64,000 bases of DNA from Nanobdellota archaeon (GTDB lineage: Archaea > Nanobdellota > Nanobdellia > Parvarchaeales > Parvarchaeaceae): NCBI GenBank assembly GCA_021802105.1, contig JAKAAW010000002.1:993-64992 (forward strand). Reading direction: 5' to 3'. Of this stretch, positions 34,076 to 42,696 are shown piece by piece (position 1 is the stretch's first letter; every line of letters starts with the position of its first letter). The position numbers were made by a program, and so were the translations under genes. A model generated the notes under the pieces. It was not told where the DNA came from and ran no database searches. It saw only the letters and a program-made list of their open reading frames with translations.

Positions 34076-34515
34076 TTAGTTATACCGGTTTATTATTTTA
34101 TCTATAGCCTTATCAAAGTCTTTGGTAGTGTACGTGCGTTTGCCAGTTGATGACAATAACTTTTTGATTTTGTCATTGTCGTAATTATATCTGCAGATCC
34201 GCTCCTAATGCACTTCAGAATAGTCATTAGATAATTGTTTCTCAAGTTCCTGCTCCAACTCCTCACTTAAATTGTTATGATGCGGATACCCGGACAGTTT
34301 GTGCGTTAGTTCATGAAGACATTTTTATCCACTTCTAAAAGAGTCCTGTTCAAAAGCTCTGTATCAACACATTCATCGAATTTTTCTCTCGCGTTGATTC
34401 TTCTGCCGCTCTCAACGAATCTGAGCAGTTCTACGCTTTCATCCCATGATTTAAACCGTGGGTTTTCCCGCTCACACTTTATAAATACTTTGTCAGCAGA
34501 CCACGCTGATTGCAA
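34076..34515 (-). pseudogene. Disrupted HExxH metallopeptidase-like gene (frameshift at an A-run plus an in-frame TAG)
   Basis: The 69-aa ORF (34306-34515) ends ..LLEVDKNVFMN*. The adjacent frame continues (K)CLHELTHKLSGYPHHNNLSEELEQ...SEVH*, then a further 42 codons to the TAA at 34076-34078. Confidence 0.4.
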
Positions 34516-34540
34516 TAAGTTCTGCTAACTCAAACAGTAG

Positions 34541-35017
34541 TCATCGTCTTTTTAATCTGGTTCCGTTTCTCACATAGAAAAACAGGATCAGGTATAGGAT
34601 TATGGACAAAACAAGGTCCACCATCAGTTCTACGTAGAAAGTGGTGGCGCTGAAACCAGACTCAAAAAAATTAACGCTGTCTATAGTTGCTCCGATTATC
34701 ATCATAAGCGACAGTCCCGAGAATGTAATGTTCCATAACCCCCTGCGTACAGATACCGCAAAAATGGCAGCCGCTACTGCTATAATAGCCAATCCAAGAA
34801 CTATGTGGGCTTGTTCAAGCGGGGAATTATCCAGGAATATCGCAGTTACAACTCCTATTGAGAATATCCTTGTGGGAGATACGGATGGTAAACCCGTGAT
34901 AAATTTCATGACGAGGTTAAGCGCGATCTGCGACGCAGAGGCTGCTATAGCTGCGGCTATCATGACACTGTATATGGTATCTCTCTTATAGGACTTCCTT
35001 ACGTTTTTCTTAGCCAT
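34541..35017 (-). CDS. Hypothetical integral membrane protein (4-5 TM)
   Basis: 158 aa, predominantly hydrophobic helices. Confidence 0.5.
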   Translation of the reverse strand: MAKKNVRKSYKRDTIYSVMIAAAIAASASQIALNLVMKFITGLPSVSPTRIFSIGVVTAIFLDNSPLEQAHIVLGLAIIAVAAAIFAVSVRRGLWNITFSGLSLMMIIGATIDSVNFFESGFSATTFYVELMVDLVLSIILYLILFFYVRNGTRLKRR

Positions 35018-35295
35018 TGACTAACTCTGTGACATACTCCCACAACGAATTCGATGGGCTTCTTTTCGCACGACCGCCTCTGAAGAGACCTTTCAGCCTG
35101 CCGTAAATCGGCGATAGATCAAATCGCGAGAACTGCCTTTAAATGCACTCTCTACCAAAGAGTTTCCCGTCAAAGTTTTTGCTCTTTCCACACTTATATA
35201 TCTTTATTTTTGCTTTCATCTCAAGATTAAAATCGTTGACTTTCGCGCGCACATCCTAAAGAAATTGTAATATCTAACCACTCGCAATCTATTCT

Positions 35296-36444
35296 TCAGT
35301 CTCTAAACGCAGTTTTGAAATCTGACACTGCTTTTGAATCGGAGGCTTTCCAATCCATAAATCTCCTGCACTCCACATCTGGTGCAGTCTTGTACTTTGA
35401 GAAGTCCCTCTTTTGATTCAAACCTATCTCAGTTCCGTAATACACTATCGAATTGCTTGTCCTGGAAATAGAAGTCACGGCTTTTCCAGCTCTCTCACGG
35501 TCGCCCCCTGTTATCCAGCTTATCCTCTGCATATCATGGTTGTCTGCGAAAATGAAATCCTTTTCGAAAGTAGGTTTATACACTTCTCCTGAACGGGCAG
35601 CCTTTCTCAGGTAGAAATTCTCCACGAAATTTATAGAAGTGCTGAACATGTTCTTCATCGCAGAAAGCGCAAGTTTTTCCCCCTCAGGTTCACTTATCTG
35701 ATCCCATTGTTTGTCCCTGTTCTTCTCCAAGACAGGTCGCAGCATGTCTAGGGTCTTATCATCAAGGGCCCAAAGGGTGTTCATGTACTGAGGAGCTATG
35801 CCTGCGGTCCATAGCTCGGGCAGCAGCAGGAAATCTTCCCTCGCACTGCGGCACTCTTTTGTGAACTGATTCCAGAAGGTCATTGATGGCCCTATCGCGT
35901 GGTCAAGACGGTAACCGTCTATGTCAAAGTTCTTTATCCAGTAAAGTGCGGCTTCTATAAGATAATTTATAACGTCTTGGTTCATAGTGTTTAGCTTTAC
36001 CAAGTTTCTCATCCCAAGAAAATGCATGTAGTCCTTGGTTTTTTCATCAAAGAAGAACCAGTCTTTGTACCTGCTCCTTGGATTTTTTCTTGCGGATGTG
36101 AAGAACCTGTGCCTGCTCGATACGTGATTTGGCACGAAATCAAGTATGACCTTGATTCCTAAAGAATGCGCTTTTTTAACAAGTGAGTATAAAATCTTAT
36201 CTGAACCGAAATGCCTGTCTATACTGTGGAGATTAAGAAGAGAGTATCCATGATAGCTGTCAGAAACGAAGATAGGAGTGAGCCAGATCGCATCGAAACC
36301 AAGGTCTTTTACATAATCAAGTTTCTTTATCACTCCATTTAGATTCCCCCCTATTCGAGCATTGGAGGTCTTTAATCTAAGCGCCGCGTCTTTCGCACTG
36401 CTGCCGGTTGAGAATCTGTCGACAAGGATTTCGTAAACTCTCAT
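35296..36444 (-). CDS. GH13 alpha-amylase-family glycoside hydrolase
   Basis: The four GH13 regions are present: DAIWLTPIF..SYHGY, KVILDFVPNH, DGYRLDHA, LLPELW and FADNHD. The start was moved to MRVYEILVDRF (36444) to avoid overlapping the divergent gene. Confidence 0.85.
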   Translation of the reverse strand: MRVYEILVDRFSTGSSAKDAALRLKTSNARIGGNLNGVIKKLDYVKDLGFDAIWLTPIFVSDSYHGYSLLNLHSIDRHFGSDKILYSLVKKAHSLGIKVILDFVPNHVSSRHRFFTSARKNPRSRYKDWFFFDEKTKDYMHFLGMRNLVKLNTMNQDVINYLIEAALYWIKNFDIDGYRLDHAIGPSMTFWNQFTKECRSAREDFLLLPELWTAGIAPQYMNTLWALDDKTLDMLRPVLEKNRDKQWDQISEPEGEKLALSAMKNMFSTSINFVENFYLRKAARSGEVYKPTFEKDFIFADNHDMQRISWITGGDRERAGKAVTSISRTSNSIVYYGTEIGLNQKRDFSKYKTAPDVECRRFMDWKASDSKAVSDFKTAFRD

Positions 36445-36502
36445 GCAATAATTATACGCTGTACCTAAATAAAGATAAATATGCTGAAAGCATAGAGAAT
36501 AA

Positions 36503-37585
36503 ATGGTCAAGGTTCTACTAAGGAACATCTACAAATCATTCAAACACAAGAAAAAGGTCGTTGACGTTCTCAGTGGAGTCGACTTGAAGATTCCTGACGG
36601 GAAATTTACAGTGATTCTCGCCCCTTCTGGGGAAGGGAAAAGTACTCTCTTAAGGATAATAGCCGGTCTTGAAGTGCAGGATAAGGGTGATGTCTTAATA
36701 GACGGAAGAAACGTCAACGATTTTCCGCCTAAGGACAGAGATCTTGCCATGGTTTTCCAGAATTACGCGGTGTATCCATTTCTGAGCGTCTACGACAACA
36801 TAGCTTTTCCCCTAAAAATAATGCACCTGCCGAAAGAGCAGATAAACAAAAAGGTAAGGGACATAGCAAAGATGCTGAGGATAGATCCTCTGCTCGACAG
36901 AAAACCTATGCAGCTGTCTGGTGGACAGAGACAAAGAGTGGCTATAGCTAGGTCGCTTGTAAAAGGCACAAAACTCCTTCTTATGGATGAACCTTTATCC
37001 AATCTTGACGCGCAGCTAAGGACTCTTGCAAGGGCAGAGCTGAAGCAGCTCCAGAAGAGACTCGGTATAACTATAGTTTACGTTACGCACGATCAGAGCG
37101 AAGCTATGGTTCTTGCGGATTACGTTGCGATACTTCACGCTGGTAAGATAGAGGATATAGACAATCCTCTGACCATCTATAAAAGACCAGTTGACACATG
37201 GGTGGCTGGTTTTATAGGGAATCCTCCAATGAACCTTATAGAGGGGAAACTGGAAAAAAAGCACTCTTTCGTTTTTGAGAAGCACAAGGTGATGATTCCC
37301 CCATCAGTCGCAAAAAGGCTAAAATCAAAAGGGAGCAGAGTTATATTTGGTATAAGACCTGAAGACGTAAAGCTAGGCTCCGGAAGCATAAAAGGGAGAG
37401 TGACACTTGTCGAGCCGTTAGGTTCGCAGACGCTCCTTCACGTAGCCGTTGGAGACGTAAAGATACAGATAATAGCGTTCCACACTCGCTTAATAGAATT
37501 AAACAAAGAGGTAAATATAGATCTCTCCAGCGAAAACGCTGTATTTTTCAATGATAAAACCGGTAGAACACTGATGGAAAAATAG
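36503..37585 (+). CDS. Sugar ABC transporter ATP-binding protein (MalK/UgpC-like)
   Basis: Walker A SGEGKST, signature LSGGQRQRVAIARSL, Walker B LLLMDEPLSNLD, and a C-terminal TOBE-like regulatory domain. Confidence 0.9.
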   Translation: MVKVLLRNIYKSFKHKKKVVDVLSGVDLKIPDGKFTVILAPSGEGKSTLLRIIAGLEVQDKGDVLIDGRNVNDFPPKDRDLAMVFQNYAVYPFLSVYDNIAFPLKIMHLPKEQINKKVRDIAKMLRIDPLLDRKPMQLSGGQRQRVAIARSLVKGTKLLLMDEPLSNLDAQLRTLARAELKQLQKRLGITIVYVTHDQSEAMVLADYVAILHAGKIEDIDNPLTIYKRPVDTWVAGFIGNPPMNLIEGKLEKKHSFVFEKHKVMIPPSVAKRLKSKGSRVIFGIRPEDVKLGSGSIKGRVTLVEPLGSQTLLHVAVGDVKIQIIAFHTRLIELNKEVNIDLSSENAVFFNDKTGRTLMEK

Positions 37586-37726
37586 GGGGATCCTTAAACC
37601 GACATCCAAAGGCACAGTATTCTAATCTATTTATAACTCATAGAAGCAACACGTACATTGCGGCAGACTAATGCAATTGCAAGATAGTCTCCAATTCTGT
37701 CATAGTAATAAGCCATGAATAGCACG

Positions 37727-37930
37727 TTATAACTTATGGTGGCGTCTGTCCTTTGGAATCTTGAGGTAGTGATTATAAGCTGTCATGGCAGAAAAAGTCC
37801 CAGCTGCGTACATTATTAAAGATAAAATGGCGTTGTTAGTAGCTACATAATACGCACCCAAACCATATTCTGCGATAGAAAGGGCAAATTGAGTATATGA
37901 ATCTCTCAAATGATCATCATGTTTGTACAA
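37727..37930 (-). CDS. Small hydrophobic protein (67 aa), uncertain
   Basis: Two predicted helices. TTG start overlaps the stop of the upstream small ORF. No homology recognised. Confidence 0.25.
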   Translation of the reverse strand: MYKHDDHLRDSYTQFALSIAEYGLGAYYVATNNAILSLIMYAAGTFSAMTAYNHYLKIPKDRRHHKL

Positions 37931-38112
37931 GTCGCCAACTGCCCCTTTTGAGAAATTTTTGTGCGGGTTATGTCTTCCTCTACTGATTTGCAGCCGATGA
38001 TATAACTTTCTGAACCTTTTGTACTATCTCCCGGCAATCTTCCCAATAAGTTTTCCAATAATTTCATAAATTTACCTCCCTTAACTACCTTATAACTGCC
38101 ATTAAACTTCAC
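37906..38112 (-). CDS. Small hypothetical protein (53-68 aa), uncertain
   Basis: ORF downstream of the permease genes on the same strand. No motif recognised. Confidence 0.2.
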   Translation of the reverse strand: MKFNGSYKVVKGGKFMKLLENLLGRLPGDSTKGSESYIIGCKSVEEDITRTKISQKGQLATCTNMMII

Positions 38113-38234
38113 CGTTACAAACTGCTTAAATTATTACTACTGTATGAGTAGTAATAATATATAAAGCTTTACAATGCTCATGCGGTTGCATAACTCATTA
38201 GTAGGATGGAGGTTTTTATAATGGTAGCTTCTAA

Positions 38235-39104
38235 TTATTTTATACCGCTTACAGAGTACATCTGTGTGAGGTATTTCTGGAAGACTATATAGAGCACGAT
38301 TATCGGCAGACCCATAAGGATGGAGAATGCTGCAAATATGTTAAGGTTTACCGCGAATGTTTGGCTTCCCGAAGCCGTTGCGGAAACGTGGTAAAGACCT
38401 AGCATGAGAGTGTATAAGGACCCGTGTGTGACCAGGACGTTTATTACCGCGTAGTCGGTGTACGCTCCTATGAAGGCTATTAGGGCGAGGAAAACAACAA
38501 CAGGTCTAGCTATTCTGAATAGGATTGTGAAGAGTGCCCTAAATCTGCTCTCACCATCAACCATAGCCGCTTCTTCGTAGTCCTTCGGTACGCTGTCTAT
38601 AAATATCTTGGCCATATAAGCTCCGAAGATAGCAGTACCACTAGAGTATATCAGTATAAGCCCTAGGAAGTTGTTTAGGAGCCTGAGATGTGCAAAGCCA
38701 AGGTAGACTGGAATTACTATAGAGGTAAACGGGAAGAAAGTCAATATATAAAGAGATATTATCAGTGCCTTTTTACCAGGTACATGAAGCCTGGCGAGGG
38801 CCACGCCTGCTATAAAGGCCACTAATACAGCCACGATGACTGTACCGAAGGCAAGTATAAGACTGTTAGCCAGCCACATGAAAAAAGGACTTGCAGCAAC
38901 TGCCTGATACGCAGAGAGGGTGAAGGTAGAGAAATTTGGTATCATCGAACTAATGGTTATATTAGATATGGAAGGTATCTTGCTGAATGATAGCAGTACG
39001 ACGTAATAGAGAGGAAATATAGCAAACAGCACCACTACAGCTATTATAGAGTATGACGCCACCCATTTCGCCGCATCCAATGCTCTGTATTTGCTTATCT
39101 TCAT
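38235..39104 (-). CDS. Sugar ABC transporter permease (MalG-like)
   Basis: 6 TM helices and the EAA loop EEAAMVDGESRFRALFTILFRIARP. Confidence 0.85.
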   Translation of the reverse strand: MKISKYRALDAAKWVASYSIIAVVVLFAIFPLYYVVLLSFSKIPSISNITISSMIPNFSTFTLSAYQAVAASPFFMWLANSLILAFGTVIVAVLVAFIAGVALARLHVPGKKALIISLYILTFFPFTSIVIPVYLGFAHLRLLNNFLGLILIYSSGTAIFGAYMAKIFIDSVPKDYEEAAMVDGESRFRALFTILFRIARPVVVFLALIAFIGAYTDYAVINVLVTHGSLYTLMLGLYHVSATASGSQTFAVNLNIFAAFSILMGLPIIVLYIVFQKYLTQMYSVSGIK

Positions 39105-39110
39105 AGTCCC

Positions 39111-40022
39111 TCAGCTTATCATATCCAGCACTTTCGTGTACTTCAGCATAAATACAGCCATTATCGCGAGTATTATCACGGATACCACTGAAAGAGCTGC
39201 ACCAAGCGAATAATTGTAGAAAGAGAACGCCTGCGAGTATGAGTAAACGGTAAGGGAATATGTGCTTGTTCCGGGCCCCCCTCCCGTCAGCAAGTATATC
39301 GGGTAGAAGTTGTTCCATGTGTATATAAAACCGCTTATCGAAGCGAAAGCTACGGCGCCTTTTATTGATGGCCACGTGATTTTAGAAAATCTCTGAAACA
39401 TGTTCGCACCGTCCACTTTGGCAGACTCATGAAACTCGTCCGGTACACTCTGCATTGAAGATAGGAAAAACGTCGTGTAATAAGAGAATGACAGCCACAA
39501 GTTCGTTATTATAAGGGCGCCCCACGCAGGTACGGTTTTGAACAGCCAGTTGACTTTTGCTATACCGAGAAGAGCTAGGAACTGATTGATTATACCAAAA
39601 TTAGTGTTCCACATGCCGACCCATATGAGCAAGGATATGAACGCTGGGAATGCCCATGGGAGCAGGATCACGGTGAATATTGGCACTTTCAGCTTGAATC
39701 CTTTCTGGTTGAGTATAGTTGCAACAAGCATCCCGAGCAATACCATGGGGATTATACTACCAACAGTCCATATCAGTGTCTGTAAGATTATAGGGTAGAT
39801 CACACCAGTTCTGAACAGAGTTTCATAGTTCTGGAATCCTATTAGTGTTGCGTTAAAAAAATGCTGAAGACTAAAGTTCGTGAAGGATATGTAGACTCCA
39901 TACGCGATAGGGTATAAGAAAATAAAAAGGACGAGACCGATTATTGGCAGTAAGTAAAGATAGTTTGTAAGGAATCTCTTGAGGTTATCGTCGGATATCT
40001 CATTAGAGAAAGCCCGTTTCAT
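39111..40022 (-). CDS. Sugar ABC transporter permease (MalF-like)
   Basis: 6 TM helices and the EAA loop HESAKVDGANMFQRFSKITWPSIK. Confidence 0.85.
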   Translation of the reverse strand: MKRAFSNEISDDNLKRFLTNYLYLLPIIGLVLFIFLYPIAYGVYISFTNFSLQHFFNATLIGFQNYETLFRTGVIYPIILQTLIWTVGSIIPMVLLGMLVATILNQKGFKLKVPIFTVILLPWAFPAFISLLIWVGMWNTNFGIINQFLALLGIAKVNWLFKTVPAWGALIITNLWLSFSYYTTFFLSSMQSVPDEFHESAKVDGANMFQRFSKITWPSIKGAVAFASISGFIYTWNNFYPIYLLTGGGPGTSTYSLTVYSYSQAFSFYNYSLGAALSVVSVIILAIMAVFMLKYTKVLDMIS

Positions 40023-40097
40023 TGGATTCTAACAATCTCATTGGATATAAAACTAATATTTTAACAAGCTACAGTCTATTACGGCACAGGTCAAAAC

Positions 40098-41501
40098 TTA
40101 ACTGCAGCTTGGAAGGACCGTTGTTCCATTGCTGGCAATGAAAGCCTGCACACAGCTTGCTACAGCTTGCGCAGTTATGGTCTTGTTAGTGTAGTAAAGG
40201 CCGAGCTCTGTATGCATATCTGCTAGGCCGCTGTAGTAATAATTCATCTGAGGCGTACTAGGTGTAGGTGATGTATAACCTGACATCTGCTGTAATATCC
40301 CTTTTTCTACTGTACTGAACTCAGAAGCAGTAAGGTTCTGCGATTGCGCAAAAGATGGAAGAAGTGTACCTGCGTTTGCTGAAGTTATAAGTGATGATAA
40401 AGCAGCTGCGTTTGAAGGCAGGTCCCCAGTTCCATTGTACATCCACAGTTCAGCCTGTGGCGATGCAAGAAACTGTGCAAATAATATGGAAGCGTTTATC
40501 TGCGCTGCAGTCGCCCCACTTGCTTGTGAACTAGATACTGCTATGGCAGTTGCTCCCAGTAGAGGTGCGAAGTGTTGACCAGTTGATGATACCATAGGCT
40601 CTGGGGCAGTACCAAGGTTTGTACCTAATGCCTGAATCAAAGGAACAAGATCCCAAGGTCCATCAAACATCACGGCAGCCTTGCTCGTTTCAAAGAGCTG
40701 ACCCTCTAATCCCGTAGCAAAACTGACGCCGGCACCAGAACCAAGAGGAGCGTTTATATGATCTTTATAAGTGACATTATACCAAAACTCCAAAGCATTA
40801 ATCATGGCTGAGGTGTTGAGAGTTGGAGCGCCATAAGTCTTGTATTGGAACAGCTGACCGCCAAAGCCAGGAAGCCATCCTGCGAATCTGTAACCATATG
40901 TGGAGCCTACACCATAAGCGAATCCCCATACATGCTGCGTCTGATTAAGAGTAGTCAAATCGGCGAGGAGTGCACTTGTGTTTCCGGGTATTCCATTAGG
41001 GAAGAAATGTTTGTTGTAATACATTAAGACCCCATTCTCATTCACAGGCAGACCAAAAACGACCGTATTATTGGCCTGTGAAACAGAGCTTAAAGGACCG
41101 GGTGCAAAGCTGTTAAAGTAAGTCGAATTAATGTGATTCTTTAAATTGACAAGTAAACCGCCTGAGTAAAGATTGCCTTCATCGTTGCTTGAGTCATAAT
41201 ATACATTAGGAGCATTACCAGCCGCTGCTGCAGTGGCGTAGTTGGTGGTGGATAGGGTGACGTTTGTTATATCAACATGTATATTAGGATACTGTGCCTC
41301 GAAAGCAGGCAGTATCTTTGTAATGAAAGCGCTATATTCTTGAGGTGAATATGCCTGCCAGTAGGTTATTGTAACCCCGGAAGTAGTTACTGGTTTGTAA
41401 ATTGAATAAAAGTAATAAACTCCTACAGCAACTACAACGATAATCGCAACAACCGCAACAATCGCCCACGTCGCAGAGCTTCTCATAATTGGTTTAAGCA
41501 T
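40098..41501 (-). CDS. Sugar ABC transporter substrate-binding protein (family 1), membrane-anchored
   Basis: N-terminal TM anchor. Size, position upstream of the two permeases, and periplasmic-binding-protein-like composition with many sequons. Confidence 0.75.
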   Translation of the reverse strand: MLKPIMRSSATWAIVAVVAIIVVVAVGVYYFYSIYKPVTTSGVTITYWQAYSPQEYSAFITKILPAFEAQYPNIHVDITNVTLSTTNYATAAAAGNAPNVYYDSSNDEGNLYSGGLLVNLKNHINSTYFNSFAPGPLSSVSQANNTVVFGLPVNENGVLMYYNKHFFPNGIPGNTSALLADLTTLNQTQHVWGFAYGVGSTYGYRFAGWLPGFGGQLFQYKTYGAPTLNTSAMINALEFWYNVTYKDHINAPLGSGAGVSFATGLEGQLFETSKAAVMFDGPWDLVPLIQALGTNLGTAPEPMVSSTGQHFAPLLGATAIAVSSSQASGATAAQINASILFAQFLASPQAELWMYNGTGDLPSNAAALSSLITSANAGTLLPSFAQSQNLTASEFSTVEKGILQQMSGYTSPTPSTPQMNYYYSGLADMHTELGLYYTNKTITAQAVASCVQAFIASNGTTVLPSCS

Positions 41502-41697
41502 CTCAGTCTTTATAAATGTATTATAACAGCATTAATCTTTTTTTAGCTACTGCAACTTAGTAATACTTTAAGATATATTTTCTGTAATCCACTTTGTGAA
41601 AGAAAAAACCAACTATAGAAAGGACAACTGCTACTATCAATTTTACGCATCAAATGCCTTTAGTAAGAGATTTAACTTATAATGTCATATTCACTAT

Positions 41698-42588
41698 ATG
41701 GATAACGTCGTAGTTATAGCCGGAACAGCATCCAATGGCATAGCGAAGAATGTGGCCAGACTGATAAAATCAGAGCTCATACACATCCAATCCAAGATAC
41801 TGCCTGATGGAGAATCTTATGTAAGGATACCTGAAGAAGTGGCTAACAAGATCGTTGTTATAGTACAGTCACTATATCCTCCACAGGACAAGCACATAAT
41901 GGAGCTTCTTCTTATGATGGATGCGGCGAAAGGTTACGGCGCGTACAAGATAGTCCTGGTCGTACCTTATCTCGCTTATGCTAGGCAGGATATGAGGTTC
42001 CTGCCGGGCGAACCGGTCAGTATAGAATTACTTTTAAGAGTATTACATAGAGAAGGCGCAGAAATGATAATAACTGTTGATCCGCATAAGCCGGATTCTC
42101 TAGTCGCTTTTGCAGGAAAGTATGTTATAATAAAGCCAACGAAACTTTTTGCAGATGCGATAAAGGAAAATCCTAATGATATTGTGGTTCTCGCACCAGA
42201 CGGTAAGGCAATAGCAGCTGCGCAGGAGCTATCCTCTATATTGAAGACACAGTACACGTTCGTGGAGAAGGAAAGGGATAGGGCGACAGGTGAGATAATG
42301 CTAAAAAGCGTCAGGCCATTCGATTTCAAGAACAAGAAAGTGATCATTATAGACGATATAATAAGCACTGGCAAGACTATGGCACAGGCAGCGAAGTTCG
42401 CAAAAGAGAACGGCGCTGGAGACGTGATCGCTGCAGCCACCCACCTAATAACTTCCGGGGAATGCTGTGAACTGATGAAAGCCAGTGGGATCTCCAGGAT
42501 AATAGGCACAAACACTATCCCGAATGATAAGGCGGAGCTGATAGATATCTCGGGGATGATAGCAGAAAGCATCCTCAAAGGATTGTGA
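41698..42588 (+). CDS. prs: Ribose-phosphate pyrophosphokinase (PRPP synthetase)
   Basis: VPYLAYARQD, TVDPHK, and the PRPP-binding loop VIIIDDIISTGKTM. Confidence 0.85.
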   Translation: MDNVVVIAGTASNGIAKNVARLIKSELIHIQSKILPDGESYVRIPEEVANKIVVIVQSLYPPQDKHIMELLLMMDAAKGYGAYKIVLVVPYLAYARQDMRFLPGEPVSIELLLRVLHREGAEMIITVDPHKPDSLVAFAGKYVIIKPTKLFADAIKENPNDIVVLAPDGKAIAAAQELSSILKTQYTFVEKERDRATGEIMLKSVRPFDFKNKKVIIIDDIISTGKTMAQAAKFAKENGAGDVIAAATHLITSGECCELMKASGISRIIGTNTIPNDKAELIDISGMIAESILKGL

Positions 42589-42696
42589 CACCATCTTTCT
42601 GTTTATATCAAAATTAGTTCCCTTTTATTTAAAAGCTTTTAAATCTGCGGACATCTCGCCCATAGTTGGCAATCGTACAAAAGTTCTTGAATGACT

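Noticed and set aside
34190-34200. Possible pyrrolysine or readthrough decoding of the in-frame TAG in the HExxH pseudogene (some Thermoplasmata relatives use Pyl).
   Set aside because: TAG is used as an ordinary stop for clearly complete genes in this window (aIF2-gamma, and the EF-Tu-like gene at 1464-1466). The same gene also carries a frameshift, so decay is the simpler explanation.
35134-35175. A possible fourth, degenerate copy of the three-copy element (CTCTCTACCAAAGAGTTTCCCGTCAAAG, with a nearby GCCTTTAAA).
   Set aside because: It needs two indels to align and shares only short blocks (AAAGAG, TTTCCC). The orientation of the GCCTTTAAA end is inconsistent with the element's polarity. 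This is not distinguishable from chance by eye.
36445-36528. The longer version of the GH13 ORF (start at 36528), overlapping the divergent ABC ATPase start.
   Set aside because: The extra 28 aa (MFLSRTLTIYSLCFQHIYLYLGTAYNYC) are not GH13-like and would overlap the 36503 gene start and promoter. The ATG at 36444 gives the canonical MRVYEILVDRF N-terminus.
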